From Rhina ancylostomus (taxonomy: Eukaryota), in contig JARFYF010000046.1 in the NCBI GenBank assembly GCA_030265395.1, forward strand, positions 18,985,378 to 19,049,377: DNA of 64,000 nucleotides, given 5' to 3'. Every line of letters starts with the position of its first letter. The stretch's first letter is position 1. This document shows, one piece after another, positions 53,101 through 63,990 of this stretch. The position numbers and the translations under genes were made by a program. The notes beneath the pieces are model-generated. The model was not told the origin of the DNA. It saw nothing but the letters and a program-made list of their open reading frames with translations, and searched no databases.

Positions 53101-56100
53101 ATATTTGTGTGATAAAGCACTCCCAGTTTTCACTCCCATACAGTCAAGAATTATAAAATAATTTTCCTGTTGTTGATCCCCATCTGTTCTGTGATCTGTA
53201 TGACATTATACTCTTAAAGGTGACTTTGCACTGCTATCTCCTTATGATGCTACTGATTAATTTTGTTTGATAAATGCTCCTATGAAGGAATTTAGAAAAT
53301 TTTACAAGTTGTAACTTGTTGTACATGGATTCTCCCTTTCACTTAATCTATCTTCACTACCCCATTCAACACTCCCACAATGACTCGGGAGCCTTCTGAA
53401 GTTAAAACACCTAAATTTGGGCTACTTATGTACACCTTTGGCCCCAGAAATGTTTTTGGTGTCCTGAAGATTGGAAACCTCCCTTCCAAGCCATCTGCTC
53501 AGCAACTTGTTGAAATTCTTTTTTTTACTTTATTCAATTTTCTGTATGTGGGCATCACTGACAAGGCCAGCATTTACAGCCTATCTCTTATTTCCCTCGA
53601 GACTCTATTGATGAGTTCTCAAGCCAAGATATTTCCACAATGCTGTTGGATCAGGGGTTCCAGGATTCAGACCCAATGAAGATGTCTCTAACCTAATTTT
53701 GGCAGCATGTGGCACTGAGATAGAAATTAGCACTTTAGCGTTCTACTTAATATAGAATTTAACTTCTTGTAATTCTTTGCACAATCTGTAACTTTTCCGG
53801 TCTATATCGTTGATTCCTACACAAACGAGTTTCTGGCCACTCAGCCTCCTATTCCAGATCCTTTTACATTTTCTCAATCATATTTCAAACTCTAGCACCT
53901 GGAAAGTATACTTTACCAATCACCCCGAGACTCCAGAATCACCATTCACCTGTCTTTGGCATCTGTTTTGTTTCTACTGTGGTAATCGCACTCTCCCTCT
54001 CTCTCTTGCCTAATTATTGTTTATAGTTATCCTCCTGTATAACCATATTGAGCTGCATCACTGATACATGAATGGTTAATAGACAAATCAAGATTCCCCA
54101 AAGATCCACTTTCTGCATTTACCTGCTGTTTCCTGCCCTGTGAACAAGATCTCTTAATTGCCAACTTCTTTAATCCTGTGGGGTCACCAGCTTCTACACT
54201 GTCTACTCTGGAAAACTTTCATCCTACCTCAGAATTTTTAATTTGTTCTTTCTTTCCTTTCTCATTTGACTTGCCCTTTCCTCAGCCACTGTACCTGCTT
54301 AATAACAGTTTTCTCTCTAAATTCTTCTGGCTTTGATTAAAGGAGATTTACTGAAGATTGAACTGTAATTCAGAGGCAACTTGCCTGGATATTTAAAGCA
54401 ATTTCTTCTCTTTTCTTCAAAATTCACATTTCCAGCATCTGCAGTATTTTGATTTTGTTTTCACACAACTATTTAACCTATATTTTAAAATTTTTTATTG
54501 AATTATTTTCTACTTGCTCCAAGTTGTTGTACTTATTTAGTGGGTGGAAAGTTACAGGGGTACAGTATATCTGGGATCTTGGCGATTGGTGGGTAGAAAT
54601 ATGGAACGCTTTCAACAATGGGACAAATAAACAGAGATCAGTGAATTAGAATGGGCAAATGAGGCCGCCCATGCCTAAATACAGAGCGTTCAAGTAAGCG
54701 CTGAAAGGTGGAAAGTAACATTCACACAACATAGGTGCCAAGCAATGATCATCTCCAACCAGTGAGAAACTAACCAGCCACCTTTTACATTCAATATTAT
54801 CAACACTGGGTCCCCCACCATAAATATTCTGACTATAAACTCAATTAGACCAGCTGTGGCTACAAGGGTAAGTCAGCGGCTGAGTATCCTGTGTAAAATG
54901 ACTTCCTTCCTGACACCCAAGGCCCTTCTATTATCTACAAGGCACAAATCGGGACTGTGATGGAATACTGCAGTCCCAACAATGCCAGTGAACCTCAATA
55001 CCATCCATGACAAAGCAGCCCCCCCAACCCTTCAACCTTCTGAAAAGATTCATGCAGTATCTTCTACAAAATGCACTGCATTTACTCACCCAGATTACCC
55101 TGAAAGCATCTCCCAAACCTGCAACCTCTACATCAAAAAGCACCAGTGTAGCGGGTACAAGGGAACAGCAATACTGACAGGATCTCCTCTAAGCCATGCA
55201 CAAACCTAACATGGAAATTTAATCACTGGATCCAAATACTGGAACTCCCAACAGCCCTGCAAGAACACCTTCACCAGAAAGACTGCAGAAGTTCAAGGAG
55301 GTCACATGCTGCCCAAATCTGGCAATCTAAAGCATGTTCTGTTGGGTTAAATGTAATCAGGCACAAAAGAATATTACTCACATTTTTGGTACAGCCATTC
55401 AGTGTTGGAACTGCATGAATAACTTTTGTAGGGCCGGATTTATATCTTGCTGTGTTTGGTAAAGCAAAGTCTTGCATTTTCCCAAAGTTCATCTTTGAAT
55501 CTCCAATAGATTTTGAACAGCTAACATTCTCTAAAGAAGCCTGAGAAATAAATTTAAAATATTAGAAGAAAACTATCTTTTATAGTTTTCTGTAAAAAGC
55601 CTGAAGAATACAAGAGGCAGAAGAACTTTCTGTTCATCATTGTCCTGTTAGAATTCACCAAGAGACTAAATAAGTACTGAGAGTTTTCTTTTCAGTTAGT
55701 TATAACAAGAAAAACACTAACTAGATCTGTAATTTAATGTATTTTAAACATTAAAAGGTAGAGAAAAATTCTGGTTCCACCTATAATGCATCTTAAGTCT
55801 CAAAGCAACCACTCACAATCTCAGCTATGATGCTGAGGAGAGAAACGGATCCTAATTTTAAAGGGCACTGAGCTTGCAAATTCCAAAATGGGGCATGGAA
55901 TAAGAGATACCAGGGACATGAGGCCTGTCAGATTTTCATGGAAAGATGTGAACGTTTACACAGTTTTGCAGAGTCTTATCAAAACCCTTTGCAGAGTCTT
56001 ATCAAAACCCAGACTAATGCATCACATGCCCAGTGGAAAGCAGCAAGAATCTGCCTACAGAACAATGCAGGTGGACACTCCTGGTAATGAACCCCAGCAC

Positions 56101-59094
56101 TAAGCAGAAGAGAAACTTAAAGGGGAACAATGTTTGCGAATGATATGGTTATACAACAACTGTACAGATAGTGCCAAAACAATTGGGTAGTGGGTCTGGG
56201 TCTATAGCTGCCTCAACTTAACTGAGCATTGGCAATGATGAAATGGTACCAGATACAATAGGTCAACTCAAAACTAATATTTATCATTCCCATGCATCAC
56301 TCTTGTTGGATGAAGGGAAGAAGGGCCAGGGTTTAGAAAAAAAATCAAGGTCATTGAGTGGAAGACAAACAAAGGGCTATCAAAAATACAGATAAAGTAA
56401 CCCTGGGCTATCAACTATTTCAGGTAACATGAATTAGCTTTCCGCTCTTATCAGTCGACAAAGATGAAAGGCCTAGCACTAGTTAGAAATAAATAAGTGA
56501 TAGACAAATAATACATTCAAAGTTTACTTAAGTTATCTTTCTTACTTTAGATTTCGGAGTGCTTCGCCACTGTTCAAGGTGACTTTCTAGAAAGGATATA
56601 AATACAATCTATTAATAGCTGGATGAATTAATGTTTAGAAAATTTCGCTCAATGGTGCAGAAACAAATATGGAAGATATTTCAGATTATAGATTTATCAT
56701 GCATTGTACCTGAGGCAGAACCTGCTGTATTTACTGTATTCCTGGTGTTAATAAGGGCCGAGTCTCCTGAAGGGAGGTCCCCTTCCATTTCAACACCTGG
56801 TGCCTAACATACAGAATCACAAGATCATACAGAATATTCAATGAGGCAAAAGACATCTTAAGTCAAATGAATGTTTTATAAAAATATCTGACTGCCAAGC
56901 ATCATTTTTCCTCTATACAATTTAATTTCTAAAGGAAGTAATTCAAAATGCACATATAAAGTGCATTAAGACCTCAATTCGTATTTATGTACCCTTTCCA
57001 CGCCCAATTGTCCAGCATAATAGCAGCAAAGTGTNNNNNNNNNNNNNNNNNNNNNNNNNNNNNNNNNNNNNNNNNNNNNNNNNNNNNNNNNNNNNNNNNN
57101 NNNNNNNNNNNNNNNNNNNNNNNNNNNNNNNNNNAGCAAAGTGTTTTTTACTTCAAATGAACATAATAATCCTTACCAAATTCAGAGGAAAAACTAACAA
57201 GCCAGAAGGGGAAAACCAGGCAAATTTTAAAAATATTATTCATTTAAAAGTGTGTGAACAACACTAAAAATATGGTATAGCAAAATATGCTTACTGAGCT
57301 TTGCTTTTGAAATCCACTTCACTTAAGTGTTTCTCAGGCATTAATGTTTCATGTGAAGGGGGAGCAACAGCTTAACAACTAGAGCAAAGATTGGAAAAAG
57401 GTAAAAAAAACAGTAGGATCATTTTAGCAACGAACTAGGAAGGATTAATAAAAAGTGGAAGTTCTAGGAGCAAGATGAAACAAAAGAAAAAAAATGATAT
57501 TAAAATGTCATAGAGATCAATAGCCTGAATGGAGAAACTATCTTTCATTAAATTAAACATATAAAATCATGCAGGACATTTCATTTGCTTGTCCAAAATC
57601 AATTTAAAATTCAGTCATATAGTGTATAACTTTAATCTTATCTGATCTCTTTCCTTCTGATTACCTGGTTTCAATCATAAAAAAAATGTAACCTGTTCAC
57701 TTCTAACCCTTGCTAATAATAAACTGTTAAAGGGCAATCATGCATCAAGTAGGTCCTAATAATCAAACACATTCATTGCTATGTTGACTTATTACTATCA
57801 TAATCAGAAAAGATAATACATTATACATACTCACCATTTAGCCAAAAATGAAGGCTGTGTAATTTAAAAATTCCCAATGATGAAAAAATGGGTAGAGGTT
57901 AACCTATAAATATACCTGTATGCATGCAAAATACTTTGTACTGTAGCAACGCGAATTTATTTGACTTAATGATACAACATTTTACAAATAATCATAACAT
58001 GATGTGTTATCACTTCAGTTATGATGCCACAGTGGTACTGGCCAGCCAATCAGCTCACAGCTATCCTAAATTCAGGTTCACATTGGTCAGCCCCCTTTCT
58101 GGCTAGGAATATCTTGCTATTGATTTTTTGAATTAATTATCAACACCACCAGCTCAACAAAACAAATAAAATATGCTCAGTAAATCTGACTCAATACTAG
58201 ACAAGCTGTACTTGTAAGCTGTACAAACATGTTCTCATGCTGAAACATTTAACTGGAGGAATACTTTACCTAACAGATTGTCGAAGTATTAAATTAGCTC
58301 CTACCCCACCCGAACCCTGGACCCCATAGACACCAAATTACATCATCACCAGTGTCATAAACCATTTACTAAAAATGGGGCTTTGGTCCAACTCTTGCCA
58401 TTTCTAAAAAAATTGAATTAAACTGAGACAGTTCATCTGAATGCACAGGACCAGGAGAATAATCTTTATTGTAAAGATTCTAAGCAGTGTATTAGGTACA
58501 CTTTCAGTTAGACTAGAACTAGTGTTTAAACAAAAACTAGAAAAAATCAGCAAGAACATTTTTTTAGAAAACTGATAAAACATTAGTTAGAACCTAAAAT
58601 GATTATTATTGATGATTATTAATCATAGCCAATATTTTTTAGTATTAATAAGTTAATAACAATTTCTGATGCCAAGACTTAAATATCAAATTTTCACCCC
58701 AGGGCAGAGAAATCTATGTGGAAATACATAGAAATTGGTATGGGAAGTACTGATCTGGAGGGAAGTACTGATGTGGAAAAATAACTGAATATGGATATTT
58801 AAACAGTGGAAGCAGAAATAATGGTTCAAACCAATGAATGAGACTGACAGATGGGTGGAGGCGAAGTCCTTTCGGCTGACATTTGTCTGGTGAGTGTGTG
58901 GCTGTGGCGGGGAGGTTCCTCGCTGGATGAACCGAACACCCCCCCGCCCGCCCGCCTTCCCTCCCCTGAAACGGAGCCAGAGGGGGGTTATTGTGATCGC
59001 ACTGAATCAGTTCGGTGTGAAGGGGGCGGCGGCTGCCCAGAGGGACCCATACCCTGTACAGCGGCGGCGGCCCGCCCCAGTGTCCAGGCTTCAT
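35112..59094 (-). CDS. CCDC62: CCDC62 coiled-coil domain-containing protein 62, spliced gene model. Exons: 59053-59094(?), 56710-56803, 56546-56586, 55382-55540, 51206-51398, 50137-50303, 49936-50037, 49096-49267, 46604-46705, 44918-45006, 41746-41846, 38830-39786, 38014-38197, 37154-37288, 35112-35147(?)
   Basis: Exon translations match recalled human CCDC62 (TIQKQRNELQLLVAELKDRDKELNEMVAAHQKQLLAWEEDR; ELSAQVGQLHAREQELTTM; ENNEQREEIIRLKQE; SPTTKLQRLLAESRQMV). All junctions are GT-AG and phases chain consistently. The gene sits directly upstream of HIP1R on the same strand, as in human. Confidence 0.93.
35590..36100 (-). mobile_element. CR1 LINE fragment
   Basis: Minus ORF HFCSSHYRKDMIERTWRKFTR resembles CR1 RT C-terminal QFWSPHYRKD...RRFTR. 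Confidence 0.7.
37154..37288 (-). CDS. CCDC62: CCDC62 conserved C-terminal exon (AYRDDCSPTTKLQRLLAESRQMVASLERST...)
   Basis: Matches human DDFSPTSKLQRLLAESRQMVTDLELST; two possible donors (exon end 37154 or 37148). Confidence 0.9.
38014..38197 (-). CDS. CCDC62: CCDC62 exon (SDERLELNAYGLESPVRS...MASSNN)
   Basis: Open frame, phase 2 to 0, donor AAT|GTAAGT; bridges the neighbouring exons in frame. Confidence 0.8.
38830..39786 (-). CDS. CCDC62: CCDC62 large 957-nt exon, polar and probably disordered
   Basis: Core of the 367-aa ORF; acceptor ttttttcttttag, donor AG|GTGCGA, phase 2-2; MSEQDWMKLYQP resembles human MSDVEWMSIFKP. Confidence 0.88.
40001..40633. repeat. ~82-bp imperfect inverted repeat (arms 40001-40083 and 40552-40633)
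   Basis: The reverse complement of the second arm aligns over the full length of the first with about ten substitutions and two small indels. Confidence 0.9.
41746..41846 (-). CDS. CCDC62: CCDC62 exon (VNEKQQHDLQLLHLNLESSQELIQKQEEKILEI)
   Basis: Matches human KQQSDLQFLNFNVENSQELIQ; phase 0 to 2. Confidence 0.9.
44918..45006 (-). CDS. CCDC62: CCDC62 exon (VEREKRKDQILELARSKQERADTELHGLRQ)
   Basis: Matches human VEREKRKDELLNIAKSKQERTNSELHNLRQ; donor CAG|GTGAGG. Confidence 0.95.
45230..46335 (-). mobile_element. Two CR1 LINE 3' fragments (about 45230-45790 and 45985-46335)
   Basis: Begin with reverse CR1 tails (aggagcaggagtaagccacc; tagaacaatacagcacaggaacagggccttc) followed by CR1 ORF2-like sequence. 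Confidence 0.75.
46604..46705 (-). CDS. CCDC62: CCDC62 exon (DELDEKTVENNEQREEIIRLKQERQYLGNELALA)
   Basis: Matches human EKTTENNEQREEIIRLKQE; poly-T acceptor, donor G|GTAAGT. Confidence 0.95.
47169..47690. mobile_element. Second copy of the same MITE with a longer internal minisatellite (about 47250-47580)
   Basis: Starts tagtaaaactccaataatctgc; repeated units like ttcaactcacagggtcccaggttcccacactcc; right end degenerate. Confidence 0.5.
49096..49267 (-). CDS. CCDC62: CCDC62 exon (DKDMVEATNHIMDLTARFKTLEGALREA...ICKLK)
   Basis: Matches human DKDIIEAVNHI...; 172 nt, GT-AG; not in the ORF track. Confidence 0.95.
49936..50037 (-). CDS. CCDC62: CCDC62 exon (DRNKSLNSSVMELSAQVGQLHAREQELTTMLELK)
   Basis: Near-identical core to human ELSAQVGQLQAREQALTTM; 102 nt, phase 0-0. 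Confidence 0.95.
50137..50303 (-). CDS. CCDC62: CCDC62 exon (HELRNRNEIIRTLS...CEELE)
   Basis: Matches human ELHKRTEIIRSL...EDLE; GT-AG, phase 1 to 0. Confidence 0.95.
51206..51398 (-). CDS. CCDC62: CCDC62 coiled-coil exon (STNVDLENTTIQKQRNELQ...CAKVE)
   Basis: Strong similarity to the recalled human CCDC62 N-terminal coiled coil; acceptor ttttattcccag, donor C|GTTAGT; 193 nt. Confidence 0.95.
52204..52592. mobile_element. Tc1/mariner-pogo(Tigger)-type MITE with internal ~30-bp degenerate repeats, inserted in a CR1 fragment
   Basis: Left caataaaactctaataatctgc versus right tgccggattatcagaattttactg|ta form imperfect TIRs; related copy at about 47169-47690. Confidence 0.6.
55382..55540 (-). 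CDS. CCDC62: CCDC62 exon (ASLENVSCSK...TLNGCTKN)
   Basis: Acceptor ttatttctcag, donor AAT|GTGAGT, 159 nt open, phase 0-0. Confidence 0.75.
55965..56010. repeat. Perfect 23-bp tandem duplication
   Basis: tttgcagagtcttatcaaaaccc x2. Confidence 0.9.
56546..56586 (-). CDS. CCDC62: CCDC62 41-nt exon (ESHLEQWRSTPKSK)
   Basis: Acceptor atcctttctag, donor AAA|GTAAGA, phase 1 to 0. Confidence 0.7.
56710..56803 (-). CDS. CCDC62: CCDC62 N-terminal exon (APGVEMEGDLPSGDSALINTRNTVNTAGSAS); possible start ATG at 56788
   Basis: Acceptor tatgttag, donor CAG|GTACAA, open frame, phase-1 end fits the next exon; gaaATGG is a good Kozak context. Confidence 0.65.
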
Positions 59095-60050
59095 CNNNNN
59101 NNNNNNNNNNNNNNNNNNNNNNNNNNNNNNNNNNNNNNNNNNNNNNNNNNNNNNNNNNNNNNNNNNNNNNNNNNNNNNNNNNNNNNNNNNNNNNNNNNNN
59201 NNNNNNNNNNNNNNNNNNNNNNNNNNNNNNNNNNNNNNNNNNNNNNNNNNNNNNNNNNNNNNNNNNNNNNNNNNNNNNNNNNNNNNNNNNNNNNNNNNNN
59301 NNNNNNNNNNNNNNNNNNNNNNNNNNNNNNNNNNNNNNNNNNNNNNNNNNNNNNNNNNNNNNNNNNNNNNNNNNNNNNNNNNNNNNNNNNNNNNNNNNNN
59401 NNNNNNNNNNNNNNNNNNNNNNNNNNNNNNNNNNNNNNNNNNNNNNNNNNNNNNNNNNNNNNNNNNNNNNNNNNNNNNNNNNNNNNNNNNNNNNNNNNNN
59501 NNNNNNNNNNNNNNNNNNNNNNNNNNNNNNNNNNNNNNNNNNNNNNNNNNNNNNNNNNNNNNNNNNNNNNNNNNNNNNNNNNNNNNNNNNNNNNNNNNNN
59601 NNNNNNNNNNNNNNNNNNNNNNNNNNNNNNNNNNNNNNNNNNNNNNNNNNNNNNNNNNNNNNNNNNNNNNNNNNNNNNNNNNCTCACCGGTGTATTATAC
59701 CCGCACTAACGTACAAACGTCGATTCCGTTTCAACTTCGCAGGAAGTAGTTCCGGCTCTGCTTTTGGCTGCCCATTTCGTGTGCCATCGGCGTCAGCTGA
59801 AGGAGAGGCCCCTGGAGCGGTGCGTCGGCAGGTCTGTTCATGGAGTGGGTTTGATTCATTTTACGAGGAACAAACTGCCGACGGTTCATGGTTACGCTGG
59901 GATTTGGCAGCAGGCGCAAAGGTATGGAGTCGGTGCAGCTCCCTGTGGGTAAGGGGCTGCCCCCCCCGTCCACCCCCAGCTCTCATGGGGACCAGGGGAG
60001 GTTTTCAGCTGCCGCTCAGGCCACCGCGATGCTGGAGATATTTTTTCCTC
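58850..60050. promoter_or_regulatory. CpG island, probable bidirectional promoter (partly in gap 59096-59682)
   Basis: GC boxes, ETS-type GGAAGT and TTCCGG at about 59742-59755, and outward-facing splice donors on both strands (59053 minus, 59948 plus). Confidence 0.75.
59053..59094 (-). CDS. CCDC62: CCDC62 putative first exon (MKPGHWGGPPPLYR); 5' part lost in the assembly gap
   Basis: Lies in a CpG island, ATG at 59094 next to the N gap, donor AGG|GTATGG in phase 0 and in frame with the 56803 acceptor. Could instead be 5'UTR. Confidence 0.45.
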
Positions 60051-60194
60051 TCCTAAAAAAACACTGTTTTCCGGGCAGTGGAGCAACATGTCCTGCATGG
60101 GGGGGGGGGCAGGGGGGGGGAATTATTGCCCCATTTGGTTTTGTACTTATTCCAATGTGGGTTCAAGTCAACTCGTCTCCCTGCGTGTATCCTA

Positions 60195-60500
60195 CAGTAT
60201 GTCCTAATGCTCAATACAAGAGGGCATGGCTTTAAAGAAATGGGTGGGAAGTTCAAGAGCGATATTAGAGGAAGGTTTTTTTACCCAGAGAGTGGTTGAG
60301 GCATGCAATGCGCGCTGCCTTGGGTAGCGGTGGAGGCGGGCACATGGGTCATGTTCAGGAGATTGTTAGGGAAGCATATGCAAGGATTTAAAATAGAGGG
60401 ATATGTGGGAGGAAGGGGTTAGATAGTCTTAGGCGTAGTTTAAAGGTCGGCATAACATGGTGGGCCGAAGGGCCTGTACTGTGCTGTACTATTCTATGGT
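60195..60500 (+). mobile_element. CR1 LINE 3' end
   Basis: TRGHGFK...RGRFF-type ORF2 terminus and tgggccgaagggcctgtactgtgctgt tail. Confidence 0.8.
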
Positions 60501-60824
60501 ATGTCCCAAATGTCTTAGTCGCCAGTGAAGTTTTATTTTTTTTGAAGTATAGTCAATGTTGTGATGCAGATGGCAGTGCAGCCAATTTGCTCACCCGTTT
60601 CCACAAACAGGAATACAAAAAAACTGAACAGATCTGTGTTTTGTCATCCTGAATGGAATTCTGAACGTAGCTCCCCTGCTGTCTTCAAAATTTGCAAGAC
60701 AAATTGCTACAATGTGCCAAGCAAATTTTAAATCATTCCTCAATATGCATTTATTCTAAAACCATAATGTTTGCATCTTAACTGGACCATATTGCACCTT
60801 TCCATTTTCTTGTCTACATTGCAT

Positions 60825-61160
60825 ATGGGGTCACACAGCTAATAGTCTTGCTGCCTCACGGTGCTAGAGATTCTGGTTCAGTTAGGTGACCTTGGATGCT
60901 TTCTGTGTGGAGTTGCATGTTCTCTCCTGTGACTGTGTGTGTTTCCTCCCACATCCCAAAGGTGTGTGGGTTGATAGGTTAATTGGCCAGTGTAAATTGC
61001 CCCTGGTGTAAAGGTGAGTGGTAGAATCTGGCAGGAGTTGATGAGAATGTGGGGGAAATAAAAAAGCAGGGATAGAGTAGGATTAGTGTAAATGGGTGTT
61101 TGATGGTCAGTATGGACTCAGTAGGCTGAAAGGCCTGTTTTCATGCTGGATCTCTCTATG
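60825..61160 (+). mobile_element. V-SINE (HE1-like) with CR1-type tail
   Basis: tRNA-like head, tgtggagttgcatgttctc...cctcccacatcccaaa core, tail ggctgaaaggcctgttt. Confidence 0.75.
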
Positions 61161-63649
61161 ACGCAAGATGTGCATTATCCCAAACGTGGTGATGGTATTC
61201 ATATAGGGATGACAACTAGTTAGGCATCATCACTGCCACGCTTGGCCCTTGTACTCTCTATAAACTCTGTTCTCTAGCCTCTGACTTTATTCTCCTTGGA
61301 ACCTATCCAAAACTAAACTTAACTGCTCTTGATCTTGTTGCCATGTGTGACCTGGAGTTGATTTTAGACCATAAATCTGTGCCATTAAGACTGTGTACTT
61401 CCAATCCTAGATCATCATCTGACAATCTTCCCCAATACATCTGTTACTGATGCATTTATCCAAACCTTTTCTCCCTAGAATTATTTATTGCAATGCATTC
61501 TGGGCCAACCTTCCTCTTTGTACATTGCATAGCTTTAAGGTTATTCCAAAACTCTACTGTCTAAGTCCTAAAGTGCCCAAAGTGCCATTTACCCATCCTG
61601 TTTGTGCCTTCTGCTAAGTCATCCACCTAGTTAAGTAACCTACCTACAATTTTAGATTTTGTTTTTTTAAAAATCCATCCATGGTCTCATCCCTCCAAAT
61701 CTAAGTCTGGCCTCTTGCTAAGTCTGGCCTGAATTCAATCACTCCTCCATTAATATCTTTGTTTTCAGTTGCTAAGGTCTTTGAATGTGGAACTCATTCC
61801 TCAAAATCTATGCCACTCTACTGTTCTCTTTTTCTTTGAGATTAGGAATATATCCTAATGTAAACTAGCCTCCATTTCTATTTGTTAACACTGCTGTGGG
61901 GAAGCCTTAGGATATTTTGCTATGTTAAAGATGCTAAATAAATGGAAGTTGCTGTTGTTGGAGCCAGTTTACTTTTATGGCAATTAGTTTTGTGAAATAT
62001 TGATATTAGAAAGCTAGCTAGGATTGAGACTGAGCAGAGTTTGGAGATCATAGTTAGACTCTCTGCCCAGAGGGTGGTGGAAGCCAGATCATATTTAAGT
62101 TGGAGATAATTGTATGAAAGATCAAGGAATAGAGGGTTAAAATTACGATAAATATATCATGCATAAAAAAAGGAATAACAAAGTAGTGTTCATGGATTCA
62201 TGGACTGTTCAGTAATCTGATGGTGGAGGAAAGAATCTGTTCCTGAATCATGAGCTTGAGGGGTCTGGTAGCCTACTCTTCTTTTTTCATCTGTCCCTGT
62301 GCCATTCTTTGCAGACAAGTTTGTTTAAAATCGTAATTATTGTTTCTGGCAAAATTGTTGTGGTACTATTTATGCAGATCTCAAGATTCCAAGTTTGACT
62401 CCCGATCCACTGAAATGTATTTACAAATGGTGGCAATGATGAAACTGGAGGAGTTGAACTTCAGATTTGCCTGATTTGGCAGGTAAAGGCCTGAGCTAGG
62501 AACTGGGGATTACTGACAAATCTAGGCTGAAAGCTAGTAAAGGAACCACACAGATTTGCAGGCCATATCTGGAGACCTGAGGCTTATGGCCAAGGTTCCG
62601 GGGAGTGAACTGTGAATAGACATCCAAAACCATATTGTGTAACCTCAATCATCGGTGGGGATCATAATTAACCCTTTCCCACAACCTTCAAATGACCCCT
62701 TCTGCCCCCACCAAAATGTGAATTTATTTTGGAATGTAACTGGAGTAGTCATATAATGGGTTTACCCAACAGTCTTGATGTTTTCCAGCAGGTGGCAAAT
62801 ATACTAAGTTACGGAGCAAATCCAAAGATGTTATTTTATGTATTAACTGGCATGTAGGCTGTGCTTTAGTGGAACAGCAATATTTCTTCCATTGGCTTTC
62901 GTGATGTTTTTCCATTTGTCAGACAAAAAACAAATATTGTTCATCTATCTAACATCTTGTTACCTCCTTTGGATGTCACAATGGGTTTTACAAGCAATTA
63001 ATTACATTGTTTACTCATTATTATTTTGCAGACTAATACATTATCAGAATTGTTAGCTCTAAAAGAAACAACTGCATAAATGTCTTGTTAAATTCTGGAA
63101 GGCAAAATCTTGATTGGGAGACCAGAACTTCGAACTTTTCAAATAGGGCCTTGACCTTTTTTGCATTCATTTCTATAATAGTTATAACTAGCATCTGACA
63201 ATGCAGTGCTCTCTCACTATTAAACTGCAATGTTCACTGTAATAATAATGTGTTGAAGTTGAAAGCTGTCATGACTCCATTCTGTACTCCCCATTAGAGG
63301 AAATAAACCCATCACATCAAATCCTTAAATTTGTCATTTATTTGAGATGCTTATGCTGATTGATCTAAAGGAATGTCAGCCGCATCTATAACTATCCTCA
63401 TTATTGCCTCATTTTATCCCTTGCATCATTCTTGTGAATCTGCTCTGCATCCTCTCCAGGGCCAATATATCACTTCAGAGTTGGTGTGTCCAGATGGGGG
63501 CATCTAATTAGGGTTCTGCACAGCTGTAACTTGATTTCTCTAGTTTATCTCATTTAGGCCAGAGTAGATANNNNNNNNNNNNNNNNNNNNNNNNNNNNNN
63601 NNNNNNNNNNNNNNNNNNNNNTTATACTGCACCCTTCATAAGTCCGTTC

Positions 63650-63990
63650 AACCTTGGTTCAATGGGTAACCTTCTGTTCTCAGAATCAAAGGGTTGTGGG
63701 TTCAAGTTCTGCTCCAGAAAATATTCTGACACCTTAATGTAATACAGAGGGAACTCTACACAGCAGAAGCTGTTGACCTCAAATTAAAGTCCTATATGCT
63801 TTTTTAAGTGGATATAAAAGATCTTGTAGCATTATTTCTAAGAAAAACAGGATGTTCTACCCATGTTTCCTAACCAATATTTTTCCCTAGTCAATATTCA
63901 CCAAAATTTGTTAATGAATTGTTTTCAGTAGTTTGCTGTGGGCTAATTGGCTGTTTTGCTTTCTATATTGCAACAACAGCTAACACCATT
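63650..63990 (+). mobile_element. Deu-domain SINE (SacSINE1-like), degenerate
   Basis: gttgtgggttcaagt B box, taaaagatc...gcattattt core, aattggctg tail; related degenerate copies near 3835/4830, 5260 and 29340. Confidence 0.6.

Noticed and set aside
58851-60056. 401-aa, 271-aa and 198-aa ORFs in the track
   Set aside because: Artefacts of translating through the N gap and a GC-rich island; the same applies to the ORFs around 13536-14023 that cross a gap.
62314-63110. Plus-strand acceptors at about 62313 and 63031 as possible second exons of the divergent gene
   Set aside because: All frames tested close quickly; they could only be non-coding exons and have no other support.
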